From: Camelus dromedarius
Taxonomy: Eukaryota
Reading direction: 5' to 3'
Assembly: GCF_036321535.1 (NCBI RefSeq)
Contig: NC_087437.1
Coordinates: 121,398,001 to 121,462,000 of the forward strand
DNA: 64,000 bases
Shown: positions 39,961-52,909 of the stretch, piece after piece
How positions within the stretch are numbered: position 1 is the first letter of the stretch
Layout: the number at the start of each line of letters is the position of its first letter
Notes under the pieces: generated by a model
What the model was told of the DNA's origin: nothing
The model's database searches: none
Seen by the model: only the letters and a program-made list of their open reading frames with translations
Position numbers and translations under genes: made by a program

Positions 39961-42900
39961 GGGCTAGAGTGCGAACCGCAGCCAACCGAGAAATGAATTG
40001 GAAAACATCACCAAACGTGGCTAGGATGGATGTCTAAGAATGTAAGGTGATAGGTGTGTGACCGCAGAGAAATCGTAGCACCAACCATGGTTTGGAGTGA
40101 AAAGTTTCCCAAGCAGCTGGGAAACAGGAAAAGTCTGCTGAGTTCCTCACCCTCACAGCCATGACTTAAAATTGGTAGAGCAGATGACAGGTGCAGGTGT
40201 ACGTGACAGCGGGGGGTGTGCACTAGGCAGGGTGGTGAGTGATGGCGGGGAAGAGGGGTGCCCCGTGTCGCTGGTCTCAGCGCCATGGTGGTGCTCAGGG
40301 CGTGCGGCTTAAAGAGGACACGAGACTAGCACCCAAGGCAGAGGCAAATTTCTTACATTTTTAAAATAAAACAGATACATCCCAAGTTGTTCTCAAACTA
40401 TTGGGTGTTGACACCAAATGTGCTGAGAGTCAGAACTATTGCCAACGCGTATATCCCCCCTTTCCTGCTGGCCTTTCTTATTTGGTGTCCAGGAGCTACA
40501 GTGGCAAGACTGGGGAGCCTGAAGCTATAACACAAAAGCCACTTCCACTATGTGATTGTATAATTATTAATCGGAGGAGCTCGATAAAATAGAATTTTGG
40601 AGTAGTTTTTATCTTGTCACCAAAGATTACGTTTCTTGGGCCAACATGAGGTCGGGTGGTTAACTTTTCAGATTCCTCTGCAGAAGGCGTTTCAACATTT
40701 CAAGAACCCTGAGACGGAGGAATTGGCCGGCTGCTACGCTAAAAGCACGAGACGGCTCTCTCGGTCTGGGGGTGGACCCTAAGCATCCCGCGGAGAAGAG
40801 AAAGAAAGCCCCTGAGCTAGGTTTCCATCACTGGGTGATGCATTCCTTCGGTAAGAAATAACTTGCAAGGGGAACTCCACATCTGATAGCTGCAGCTTTA
40901 AATTGTATTTTGGGTTCACCACGTTAAACTACGCTGAGCGGAGATTGTTATCGATCAACAAGGTCATTATTACGCTTACAAGTTAAATGTATCTTCTTCT
41001 GATCTGGTTTTCCCGCCCAAGGCCCTTTCCCTTGAGAGCAGCTTCGGTAGGAGGGCTGGCTTCTCTTCCTCACTTTGAAATCCCTTCATTTCGGGATGCT
41101 GGCGGCTCCGTGGCAGATTCCGCCCACCTTGCCCCGTCCAGCCCATTTCCAGAAAAAGTCACAGCCATCCGGGCAGGATTCGGACACGCCGCGCAGGGAG
41201 AGCCAGACACCAGCCCATCTCGTGAACATTTTGACTCGTTGGTTGAGGAAACTTTCACATAGTTCTGGTACCAACTGAAAATACAGTGTTCGATTACAAA
41301 AGAATTTAGAAAAATAAGTGTGGTCAGAGCAAAGTTGTACAGGGATCCAAAAAAAAAAAAAAAAAAAAAAAACCAGAGAAACGCATTGGAAGAAAAACAG
41401 GAAAATTTGTTTTAAAAAAAACCCTAAGAGCCATTCAAAGAAATACCATGTTTGCCACAAAAGTTCTCTTTAAAAACCAAATCTTCAGTTCAACGTTTTT
41501 ATGGTATTTACATTAATTTTGGTTGAAAAGAACCACATAAAATGCTGTCAGTAAGCTGAGCCTAAATCATTATGTTTCTCCGTATGCTCAGAAAATAACC
41601 AGACCACCTATATTTGCTGGGCTATCCGTACTATTTATGTTTAAAGAAAAAAATTGTTCATAAACGCCAGATTTGAGTCCAGAAGTTCGCTTGTTTCCTG
41701 CTTGCAGTGGCAGAGTTAAAGTGACCCACTCTGAACGAATTTGCACCTATGTCAAAGGCTGCCGCGTTCAAATTTGTCTTCATCACTCTTATTCTAGAAA
41801 GCACTGCAACTTCTCAAGTGTCAAAGTAGTCAGCTACTAATGATCACTGCACGCGATGTGGCCTGCTGCTCTGCAGACCATCTGGTCCTCCTCCCGGCCC
41901 GCGGTCTGAGGACGTCTGCCAGCCTCCTGTGGCCAGGGGGCTGCGACCAAGTTCCAGCCACCAGCCCCGAGCGGAAGTGATGCCCCCTTGCAGGAGGACC
42001 TGCCCCCCTCTTCCTCTCAGCAGGTGGGAATGGGAGCCAGCCCCGTGGCCTGGAAAGACAGGGTCTCCAGTCGCCTGGGGCCTGCTGGGTGAGCGGAGGC
42101 GGGACCTTCTCCTGCTCAGACCTCCACCCCCACCCTGCCTGCCCTGTTAACTAGGGCCTCGTCCCACTGGTTACTGGAGCAGTAAACACACGTCTACTGT
42201 GTTTGTGCCACTGAACATCCTGGGGGCCGCCTGTTTCAGCAGCCAGCCCGCCCCAGCACACCCAGTGAGCAGCAAGGTGTCCTTGCCTTCTCCGGAGACA
42301 TCGCTCAGCATCTCTGTTTTCCATCCACCTCCTGATATTTGCTTCTGTTTCGTAACTGGAACTGCTTTAGAGACATTCTTCCTGGACGTCGAGTTTTTGT
42401 TCCGAAAACCCTGTCATTACGGTCACTTCCCGGCAGCCACGGATCAACCCTGCCTCGCAGGGGCTCAGTCACACTTGCCATGTTCTGCCTCTGTCCTGGG
42501 ATCTGGACAGTGGGTGTCTGCCAGAGCTCCCGGTCTGACCTGCTGCTGCAGTTCCAGAACATTCCGTCCCCGGGGGCGTCTGAGCACACAACAGGCGCTC
42601 ACTGGGGCCAATGACCAGCCCAGGCTGCGGTCAGATGTGCTCGGAGGAGAGCCTTTAACCCACCGCAGGCTCTTCCAGGGCAGGGAGCTTGCCAGGCCTG
42701 TCTTTCCAGAAGGCTCTGCTTTGAGCCGGTGACGGGCCAGGATTGGGGCTGCAGAAGGCTGGCTGCTCCAGACCACAGTTTCCAGAGAACCAAGGCCGCG
42801 GAAAGAACACGGGGACGCTTTCTATCACTTTCGCTCAATAAGCTACACACAGTCATTGCATAAAAATATACAAGTAGTAAGCAACGAGAAGGAAAAGGTG

Positions 42901-44777
42901 CGGCCGCTGCGCACAGAAAAGCAGCTGACTGAGCTGGGCCTGCACGACACGCAGGAGCACGCGGCAGTCACGTGTGGCGGCTCCTGCTCGGGTTTTCGGG
43001 AGCAATGACACCACCAGCGGTCGTCAAGGCCGACAGTGCAGACCTGCCGGTCGCTGAGATGCTGGTAAGCTGCCATGGCTCTGAGCAAGTAAACCGTGCA
43101 GACGGGTCCGTCATCGTCGAGCACTTGTCTGCTGCGACTTCGGCCATCGTGAGAACAGCGTGGAGACACTGCTGGGCCTGCACTGGGGGGCCCGTCTCCT
43201 GTCACAGCCTCGGGGTAGATTCTAAGAGTTGCGCACATTGAAGGGCTCGGGCAGGTGTTTGGCGCAGAAGCAAGCAATGCAGCTCCAAGCCCCCAGTCCC
43301 CCTCGGCGGCAGATGCGGTGCCCTTGTTACCTGCCAATCGGGTCATCGACACGTAGTAAACTGCTCTTCATTTAACTCGCAGCTCAATCCACGTGTTGCC
43401 TTGTTTTCACGTTAACTGACCCCTTGTTGTTCCTCGAGTTAATCGCCTGTTGCACTGCCATCAGTTTTTTCTGTCCGTTTAAGTTGATAATAGCAGGACC
43501 CTAAACCCAATGTTTGCTGTTACTTGCTGCAAACACGTCTCCTGGTTTGCCATAAGCCTTTGAACCTTGTTGCCTGGGTTTCTGCTGCTGCTTTGTTTCG
43601 GCCACCAGCTTGTCTCCCATCATGATCTGTGCCTTTGCCCTCGCTGGTGCCGTAGGCGCCTGAGTTACTCTGTGCGTGTGGATCCGTGTTTGCCTTCTAC
43701 GCCCAGCTCTTCCCATCTTGGGCACTTTTCTGGTGTGAGGGGAACTCCCCGCTCACAGGTAATGGGTGGGCGACCCCCGGAAGCTGGTGGACTTCAGGGA
43801 GGCCCCACCCCTCCAGCCCCCGCTTGGGGGGCATGCGGCTGGTGCTGCGGGGATGGGACCGGAGCCTGCTCCCCCGGCTGCAAGACCCCAGGAAAGCCCC
43901 CTCCACCTGTAGGTGGGGATTGTGGTAGAAACGCTGCTGTGGAATTTAACCTCAACCTTATGTAGATACATGCTTATTCCATCACATCCAGTCACAAATT
44001 AATTCCATTCCTCCGGGCGGGACCCAGCCCAGGCTGCGGGTCGCGTAGTGGGGCAGCTCTGGGCTGCAGGTGCCTGCAGGCCCCAGGGACCTCAGCGTAG
44101 GGCAGTGATTGGCAGGGGCAGCGCTCCAGGGAGGGGAACCTAGAAGGAACACTGGAGCCCTCCAGACTGTCTATTAAATACAGAAACGTCCTTCAGACGC
44201 CAACTTGGCTCGGCAGCCTGGATAGTAACAGACGACAGCCTCGCGCATCCAACACGCAATCAAACAGGCGGGCGTCCAGGGACTTTCATGCAGCCACAGC
44301 TCATCGACCGAGGTGGACCCGGCGGTGCTAGGAGTTATTGGGTCATAAGGCTTCGCTCCATTTATCATCTTAAAATGATGAGCTCTACTCTCACGCGGAG
44401 CTGGCAGGAGCAAGTTCGCGTACCGCCAGATTAAGAATAGACATGTCCTTCCATCCTGCAAACTCGCTTTGGGCAGAGACAGAAGAAGTGGAGTGAGGTC
44501 AGCTGTCTGCAGAAGAAGGAGCGGAAACCACGCAGGAACAGTGACCAGGGTCAGGGGTAGGGGGACAGTACCGCCGTGTGCCCACTATGGGGGCCACCGG
44601 GTCCCAGCACAGCTCGCCTGCTGGCCACCCTCCTGCCCCTCGGTCTGCCCGACCTCGACAGAGCTCCCCTTCCTCACTTCTGCAGCCTCTTCCCTGGGGA
44701 GCCACCTGGGCTGTGGTGATTAACCGACTCTAGATTCACTGCCCACTCGTCTCCCTGGAGCTCCCGGCCAGTGCACC

Positions 44778-45201
44778 TGTATTCGCCAGGGCTCTCCAGG
44801 GAAACAGAAGCAGCAGGATGTGTGTAGAGAGGAAGGGCGCTATTACAGGACTGGCTCACGTGAACACAGAGGCTGACGAGCCCCAAGACCTGTAGTGTGA
44901 GTGGAGGGTGAGGATTCAGAAGAGCTGATGGCTTAGTTCAGTTAAGGGCAGAAAAGGGCCAATATCCTGGTTCAAAGGCCATCAGGCAGAGAACTCTTTC
45001 TACCTTGGGGGAAGTCAGTCTTGTGGTTTTATTCAGGCCTTCACCTGATGGGTCGATGCCCACCCATGCTGAGGAGGCCAGTCTTTTACTTAGTCCCCAG
45101 ATTTAAATGTTAATCTCATCCAGAAAGACCCAGAATGTTGGACTGAATACCTGGGCCCCTGGGCAGTCCAGTCAGGTTGACACACAGAATTCACCACTGC
45201 A
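44778..45201 (-). mobile_element. ERVL LTR, MLT2B/D-like solo LTR
   Basis: tgtattcgccagggctctccagggaaacagaa...ttcaggccttcacctgatgg...gatttaaatgttaatctcatcca...caggttgacacacagaattcacca matches antisense MLT2. Confidence 0.85.
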
Positions 45202-45364
45202 GCCCTTGACTGCCTGTAAGCCTTCTCCATCTGGATGTAACAGGCACCTCAGAGCGAACAAATCCAAAATAAACTCCTGCACCTCCTCCCCAGGCCCACT
45301 GCAGGAAGCGGCAAGCCCACTGCCTCTCACTCAGCAGGAGCCTGGGGCCCACTCTCCACACCTT

Positions 45365-45484
45365 TCTTTTTTTTCACCCCCTACTATTTTTTTGTGTGTG
45401 TGTGATGGAGGTGCTGGAGGTTGAACCCAGGACCTCGTGCATGCTAAGCCTGTGCTGCACCACTGAGCTCGACCCTCGCCCTCC
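45365..45484 (-). mobile_element. tRNA-Ala-derived SINE (vic-1-like)
   Basis: Reverse complement reads agctcagtggtgcagcacaggcttagcatgcacgaggtcctgggttcaacctccagcacctcca. Confidence 0.85.
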
Positions 45485-47119
45485 ATGCCTCTTTCTTGCT
45501 CGCCCAGCATCCAAGCCGTCCTTCTTCTTCCCGTTGCTTCTTCCCTGGAAATACACCCAGAATCTGGTCCCTTCTTGGCATCTTCCCCGTCCCACCCCCT
45601 CGCCTCATCTCAGCTGCCTCGGGGCACAGATGGTGGGCCCTGTGTTGGAAGCCCGGCTCCCACCACGGCGCCCAGTGGGCTGCAGACGCCCCAGCCAGAG
45701 GCCCCGCCTCCCAGGCCCCTGCCCAGGACGGCCCCAAGGGAAGTGGGCAGCAGCGGGATGCCCCTCCAGGCCTGGCTGAGGAGCCCCCCTCCCCCATCTG
45801 CCAGTGGAGGCGCCCGGGAGGCCTGGAACTGCAGACCCCCAGCCTGGGACCCGGACTGACTGCATGGAGTGGTGGCCATCCCTCCCCGAGTGGGCCCGCG
45901 CAGCACACAGAGCCAGCCGAATGGGCACACGTACCGCAGAGTAAGACGGTCCTCTCCCAAACCCCCACCACCCCCAGCATCACAGTTTTGACCTTGACGC
46001 TGACCGCCCTCAGGGTCCACTGCCGTCACCTGACTCAGCCCGGCCCACTGGGGTTCCTGGCTCCCCTTCTCTGCTCTGGGTGCCCAGGCCCCCATCTGCC
46101 TGCCCCGCCGTGGCTCAGATGCTGCCTCCTCCCTGAAGCCTCCATCTGGCCGCTCGTCAACCCAGAAACCTTCCTCAGCTGCTGCTCTTGCTTCCTGTCT
46201 CAGGCGTCTGCCCAGGGCCCCTCACCAGTGACACCCTGCGCATCGCACGCTAGACAGCTTCTCTGTGTCTGGCTCTCCTTGAGGAAAGGACAGACCCTCC
46301 TGCTCCCTGCCATCCGCTCTGCGAGCTCAAGAATGTTCTACTGGGTGAAAAACGCAGGGAGGAGCTGTGTGTATAAACCGCAACTACCTTGCACAGGAGA
46401 AGGACAGAAGTCCAAACTGCAGTTTTGCGCGTAACGTGAACTCTTGGGGAGGATGAAAAAGCAAAGTGATGCTGGAGGGTCCTGGGGGAGGAGGGGCGGG
46501 GGGTGCGAGGGACTTTTGTCCCTTGGTATTTTCCGATATTTGAACCACTTATTCAGAAAATCAAATTCATCTTTTTAATTAAAAAAAATTAGGTGACCCC
46601 CCCATTCCAGATGTTTGGAGGAGGCATTTCTCAGAAACGACTCCAAACCCCCGATTCCCTGAGGAGTTTCAGCACAGAAAACTGACCAGGACTGCCCCAG
46701 AGGCTGACGGGGGTGGGGGGCAGGGAGCCAGGGGTGGGTGGGTGGAGGGCACAGCTCCTGGGCGGGGTGGTAATGCATCCTCGCAGGTCACTGGGGAGTG
46801 TGGGGCGGTGGTGGGTACGGCCTGGACGGAAGCCATTAGTGACCAAACCGAACGGCAGCCTCTGAACCTGCAGAGCACGGAGCTTCCTCACAGAGGCCAG
46901 AGGCAGGGAGTGGAGCCAGGTGCGTGCTGGTCCCGGAGATGCTGGGCTCCGTGCTGAGCACCCGAGGCCACGCCCTGCTTAAGTCAGAGGACACCCCACG
47001 GGTACTCACGTGGACACAGGGGAGCCAGGACACCCCTAGACTCAGCTCTTGGAAACTTCCAGTTTGAGAAGATTAAGTCATAATAAGGAATGAGGAGATA
47101 GGACAATTCAAACGAGAGA

Positions 47120-47350
47120 ACTCAGTTCTAGCCAAGAAGGAGTGACAGGGACCGAAGTTACCCTCTTGCTTGGAACAACCAAAAACTCCAAGAGAGACGA
47201 AATACGTGAAGCAACGGTTGTCAAGGCTGGGCTCAGACCAGGGAGGACAGCGGTCCCCGAGAGCCGGAGATGATGAGGCGGCCCCGTGATGCCCTGGCTG
47301 CAGGTGGGGAGGGGTGCTGTGGAGACCTGGGCGCGGGCTGACCTGAGCTG
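47120..47350 (+). mobile_element. Old L1M 5'-end fragment
   Basis: ttctagccaagaaggagtgacagggaccgaagttaccctc...aacaaccaaaaa resembles L1M4/L1MC 5' ends. Confidence 0.5.
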
Positions 47351-47787
47351 TCTCTGTAAAGCTCTGTGATGAAAACATAGGGTCTCCTCGGAACCAGAGC
47401 TGCTCAGGGCTCTGCTGTTTGCCTCCTGGAAACACTTGCTGGTGCGGATCCTGCAGGGAGGGAGGGGTGGGCTCTGGGCAGCACCTTAGAATTCGGTCCT
47501 GGAGTGTCCAGGCTCAGGGTGGTCCTCAGGGAAGTTCCTGGCCAAGGGGAGTGGCTGGAAGCCACCTCCTAACTCCTGCCCACTGCTCCTGCCTGTCCGC
47601 TGGACAGGGTCCTCCAGGGAGCAGACTGCCACGAGCGGGTGAGCCTGGCTTGTGTGGCGGAACATCTCCCTAGGTGCGTGAACCGTCAGACCTGTGATAC
47701 AGGGGAAGCCAGAAAAAGGCCCAAGGGCATCAGGAAGTCAGCACTCGACAAAGGAGGCCCCTCAAAGCCCTGGGGCAAAAGTGGGCT

Positions 47788-48500
47788 TTTATTTACTTAT
47801 TTACTGAAGTAGAGTCAGCTACAGCGAGTCAGTTTCTGGTGTGCAGTGGAATGTTTCAGTCCCACATACATGCACTTACATTCGTTTTCACAGTCTTTTT
47901 CTTTATCGGTTACTACAGGATATTGAATATAGTTCCCTGTGCTCTGCAGTATGAACTTGTTGTTTATCTTTTATATACATTAGTATCTGCAAATCTCAAA
48001 CTCCCAATTTATCCCTTCCCACCCCCTTTCCCCTCAGTAACCATAAGTTTGTTTTCTTTGTCTGTGAGTCTATTTCTGTTTTATCAATAAATTCATTTGT
48101 GTCTTTTCCTTTTTAGATTCCACGTATCAGCGATCTCACATGCTATTTTCCTTTCTCTTTCTGTCTTACTTCACTTAGAATGATGATCTCCAGGTTCATC
48201 CATGTTGCTGCAATTGGCATTATTTCTTTCATTTTTATGGCTGAGTAGTATTCCATTGTATAAATATACCGCATCTTCTTTATCCAGTCATCTGTTGATA
48301 GACATTTAGGTTGTTTCCATGTCTTGGCTGTTGTAAATAATGCTGCTATGAACACTGGGGTGCAGGTGTCTTTTTGAATTAGATATATGCCCAGAAGTGG
48401 GATTGCTGGATCATAGGGTGGATCTATTTTTAGTTTTTTGAGAAATCTCCATACTATTTTCCATAATGACTGCAGCAAACGACATTCCCACTGACAGTGC
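47788..48500 (-). mobile_element. Younger (artiodactyl/camelid-type) L1 3' end
   Basis: Minus ORF 48143..48478 LWKIVWRFLKKLKIDPPYDPAIPLLGIY...MEYYSAIK, followed by 3'UTR and an A-rich tail. Confidence 0.95.
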
Positions 48501-48571
48501 AGGAGGGCAAAAGTGCACTTTTAATAAACAGTGGGGCCCATGGGACAATGACTCGCAAAGTGCTGTGTACA

Positions 48572-49183
48572 GTCTGCTCGGCTTGGCGGGTGTGTGAACC
48601 AGGAGGACGCACAGCACCGGCTCGGGGGGCCTTTGTTTTGGGGGTCCCTGTTTGGAGGTCCGTGCTAGGGGCTCCTACCAGCCAGGAAGACCTTGCTTGT
48701 GGTTCTAATGCTTTGTGGTGGCCACCTTGAACTTTCATAATTTTATTGTTGAACTTGCGTTGTGAAAATGAAGCTGTGCAGGGCTTGGAGCCTGGACTCG
48801 CAGGTGGCCACACCTCCTGCCACCCCAGCCCCCTCCCAGTGACCCCGCACCTCCGCTATGTCGGAGGCCCAGGCACAGGTGTGGGAAGGGGTGGAGACAG
48901 GCACACGTGCCCCAAATACGAAGCTGCTGGGGGAGGCCCCCGGTGCCTGTGAGGGCCGTGTTTGTCCTGCAGTTTTCCCGTGCCTTGCAGGGCATGGCAT
49001 TCAACAGCAAATAAAAAGCACAGTGACTAGGAGAGAGACAGTGAGGAGGGGAGAAGGAGGTGAGGGGATACAGACAGAGAGACACAGACTCCGAAAGAAA
49101 AGAAAGCCTTTTCCCTGTGTTTTGAACAAGGGCCCCACATTTTTGTTGTTCTCTGGGCCCTGCAAATTACACAGCCCGCCGGG
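48572..49183 (+). mobile_element. hAT-Tip100 MITE, MER45-like
   Basis: ggttctaatgctttgtggtggccaccttgaactttcataatttt ... tttgaacaagggccccacatttt...ctgggccctgcaaattac. Confidence 0.75.
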
Positions 49184-49349
49184 CTCTCAAGCATCACACA
49201 GATGTGAGGTGTCCTGCCAGCGTTTCCTCCTGGTGGCTTCCTGGGACCCAAGCCACCTGTGTGTCCCTTTAGATCAGTCACGGGCACGGTGAGCACTGCC
49301 TGCCACACGGCATCTCAGCTCCGGCCTGCACAATAAGGCAAGAAAAGGA

Positions 49350-50105
49350 ATGAGAATCAATCTGTGTCGGGAGCTGTATTTGGTGCCTTGCAGTGGCCTG
49401 TAATGAAAAAGAGTATGAAAGCAAATATGTGTAAGGATACGTACGACGGAAACCCTGTGCTGCACCAGGAACTGACACACTGCGGCTGACTGTACTTCAG
49501 CCAAAAAAATAAAGACTTCATCTGTGTCTCCTTCTAGGAATATGACTTAGAATATGTGCAGGAAATCCTAAAGAACCTTGAAACTACCGGAATCAGCTAG
49601 TGAGCCCAGCAAGGCCAGAGGACATCAGGGAACACAGTAAATCAGGTGCATTTCTGTACGACAAGAACGAACAGGAAAATCAGAATTAAATGGCATTTAC
49701 AGCAGCAACAAACCACAAAATACTCAGGAATGAACTTAAGAGAAAGATGTGTGGGGCCTCTATGCTGAAAACCCTCAGACACTGCCAGAGAAAGGGAAGC
49801 AGCTGGATGAGCAGAGCCCGAGTCGTGAGGGCGGCTCAAAGACGTGGCACCCACGTGCCCGCTACCCGGAAGGACCTAAGGAGCCGCACCAGCCGCACCA
49901 AATCCCTGCCGGCTTCTTGGTAGAAATGGATGAGCTAGTTAGTCCTCTAGGTGCAACGGACTTTGAGCAGCCCCAGCAGTCCCGACGGGGCCTGAGGGGT
50001 GGACAACGGCGGCATCTATGGCGAAGCTGCAGGAATCCAGGCAACTGGTGGCGGTGACACCACACAGATCAGTGGACCAGAATCGAGTCTAGAAACAGAC
50101 CTGCT
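49350..50105 (+). mobile_element. Short young L1 3' tail (~49350-49514) followed by an old L1 ORF2 fragment
   Basis: gaaaaagagtatgaaag...tgtgctgcaccaggaactgacacactg...gactgtacttca plus tail, then KILRNELKR-type ORF2 remnants. Confidence 0.75.
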
Positions 50106-50812
50106 AAGGTCACCAATGGAGAAATGGCTTGATTTGAAAGGGACTTTCTCGGAGGAGAGTTGCTCTAACGCGATCGCTGAGGCCCTTAACTGCCTGCGAA
50201 CTCTCAGGGCAGTGGGTTAACCACTGGGGCTCGGTGGGACCCCCGCCAGCCATGCCCGAGAGGCAGAGGGGCTAGCTGTTCTGGTGCACTTGCTGCAGGC
50301 TCTTCTGTTGGGGAGTGGGAGGAACCTAGAATCCCTGCTGCTTAAGCAAATGTGTTAACAAGTTTCTGTTACTTTCTGGAGGTGGCGAACAATTAAGCTG
50401 AAATCCTCCTGCCAGTTCACCGGCTGTGATGGATGCTGACAGGCTGGTGGGAGTGAGGCAAGCTGGGAACCGTCTCTTCACGCTTACCCATGACGGGGGC
50501 TGGGGGCTTCCGGAAATAGACAGTGAAATGCTCCGGTTCCTTTCACAACAGGAGCTCCTCGGCCCACCACACACGGCATTAGGGCAGGGCAGTGAGAGGC
50601 CAGACTGCCCCTCTCCCTCCTCTCCTTCCCTGCCCCCTCTCCCGGTCTCCTACCGCTCCCCTCTCCCGCTCCTAGGGAGCAGGCCTGGGACCCGAGGCCT
50701 GGAATCCCCATGGAGAGGCTTCCCTGAGTCCACAGTTGCAGAATGGTGGGCACGGCTGATGCCCCCTCCAAATCCACCTACTGGAATATGTGTTGAAAAC
50801 CAAAGCATTAAT

Positions 50813-50965
50813 GAGGGGAGGCAGCTCAGAGATAGAGCACACGCTTAGCATGCACGAGGTCCTGGGTTCAATCCCCAGTATATCCATTAAAAAAATAAAA
50901 TAAGTAAACAAACCTAATTACCACCCCCACCCACAAAAAAATGAAAAACCCAAATAAACCCAAAA
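50813..50965 (+). mobile_element. tRNA-Ala-derived SINE (vic-1-like)
   Basis: gcagctcagagatagagcacacgcttagcatgcacgaggtcctgggttcaatccccag...aacctaattacc, with a degenerate TSD aaaccaaagcat / aaacccaaaagcat. Confidence 0.9.
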
Positions 50966-52909
50966 GCATCAGAAACTGAACTACAGCAGAGTCAGGGCTC
51001 AGGAAATCCTCTCCCCTCACTGTGCACACAGCCAGCTCCAGCCCCGGGAGCCGGGCAGGGCCGCGGAGAGCCCATCCAGACTGAAAGCATTTATTTAAGA
51101 GCAACGGCCATCGGCAAGACAGTTAAGGAAAAAAAAATGTGTTTTTCCACTTTAGGAAATAGTCAAAGCTTTTTTCTATTCCACCAAAAATAGAAGTGGA
51201 ATTCTAGAAAGTAAAAATAGGTGGGCTTCTCCATGTATGCAATTCAGACGGATCTGCACGGACTCCGATGCGCTCATCTTTCTGGAATGTGTGCCTGCGT
51301 CTCCCCAAGGCTGGGGACCGGCAGGAGCAGCCTGGGACCTGCCCTGGGGCTGCAGCAGCTGGGCCACCCTGGGCCCTCTCCAGGCCCTCGTTTCTCCCCT
51401 ACCCGGACCCCTGCTCTGACGGCCTGGTCGGGGCCACGTGGGGCCACAGGGGCCCTCACCACTGTCGGGCCTGCATTACTGACCCGGAACAGAGTCACAG
51501 GTCCCCTTGGTGGCTGGCAGTGGACAGGTAGCGACATCTTCCCCCCTTGGGACCCTAGTGGATTTAAGATGCTTAGCACCGCATCCCTGTGGGGGGGTCC
51601 CTGTGCGGGGAATCCCTGTGGGGGGAGGCGGGTGTTTGCACACACCCCCCAACCCCGCAGGCAGAAGCAACGACTTATGTCCGAGCGTGTGCTTTACTGA
51701 ATGTTTTGTATGTTTGTATGACATTTTGTTTCTACATACTTGGTTATAACATACCATCTCCTACCTGCTTTGACGACGTGTGATTTAGGAGATCCTCTCT
51801 GAGGAGGACGGTGAGGCCCAGAGAGGCCAGCAGCTTGCCCATGGAGTGACCATCCTCCACTGGGCTTGGCTGTCTCAGGCTCTTGATAAGGAGAGGCCAG
51901 AGAGCACCCTCCACCTCCAGGCCCAGTCCAGGCCTAGGGTACAGCTCCCGGCCAGGCAGGGCAGGCAGGGCGGGCAGGGCCGGCTGGAGGCTGGGAGGCC
52001 CGAGCTTCCCCACGCACTCCACTTCTGCTTCGGCGCCTGCAGCGAGACTGGGGGTGAGGGGCAGAGCACAGAGGCTCCTGGAAGGATGCTGGGCATTGCG
52101 GGAAGCCTGGGAAGTTCTGGGCACACCTGCTGCAGATGCATAGGGAGCAGGAGGTGCCAGGCCCTCAGGCAGTGGTCAGGCGACATCTCTCTGGGGGCTC
52201 TGCCCTCGGAAGTCATGCTTCCATCTGGGCAGGGTCCTTGACAGGTCCAGCCCGAGCCAGCAAACAACACATCCTCAGTGACACTTGGCCCTCCAATGGT
52301 TCCCGCTGAAATGGGGCTCTGGGCCCGGCTGTGGGGTCTGGCCTGGGGGCCCAGGGTGTGCACCTGTGAGGTGCAGCCCAGGTGACTGTGAGATGGCCAG
52401 TCGGGAGGCCATACCTGAAGGAAAGCTTACCTAACTCACCCAATCATAACCTTCACATTGAAACGTGCAGAGCTGCCCCCTTCCACCCATCCGGCCCGCA
52501 GGCTGACTGCCACCAAGTCGTAGGAACAATCGGGGACAAGACGCACCCAGCTCATCACAACAAAAGGGCAAGACAGAGACTCCCCAAAGAGAAAACACAG
52601 ATGCCCAGGGCAGCTGGGAGGAGCGGGTTCTGGAGCTTAGGAGAGAGCGGGGCTTCCCCGGGGAGGCAGAGGGGAGGAAGCGCGCTGTGTGTGGGAACGT
52701 CCCCCCACCCCCCAGCTCTGGCATTCTCGGATCCACGGGCTTACAGATTTAAGTTGCTTTTTGATTATGTTTGTGTGTGAGACCAGCATTTTTTCCAAAG
52801 GCAACATCATGCCAAGGCAAGCAACCCGCTCAAGGGCCGCCTCCACCTCAGCCGTCCCCTGCAGGGCTGTGGAGATCAGGTCTGGCAAGACCGGAGCCTG
52901 ACTCTTGCC

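Noticed and set aside
43501..44430. CATSPERE-like identity, from short matches (GKPGD on the - strand, SW..VRVPPD on the + strand)
   Set aside because: The matches are tiny, on opposite strands and not collinear, so probably chance.
45496..46434. 312-aa ORF as a CDS
   Set aside because: Noise-like composition; only its last 99 nt coincide with a plausible pseudo-exon.
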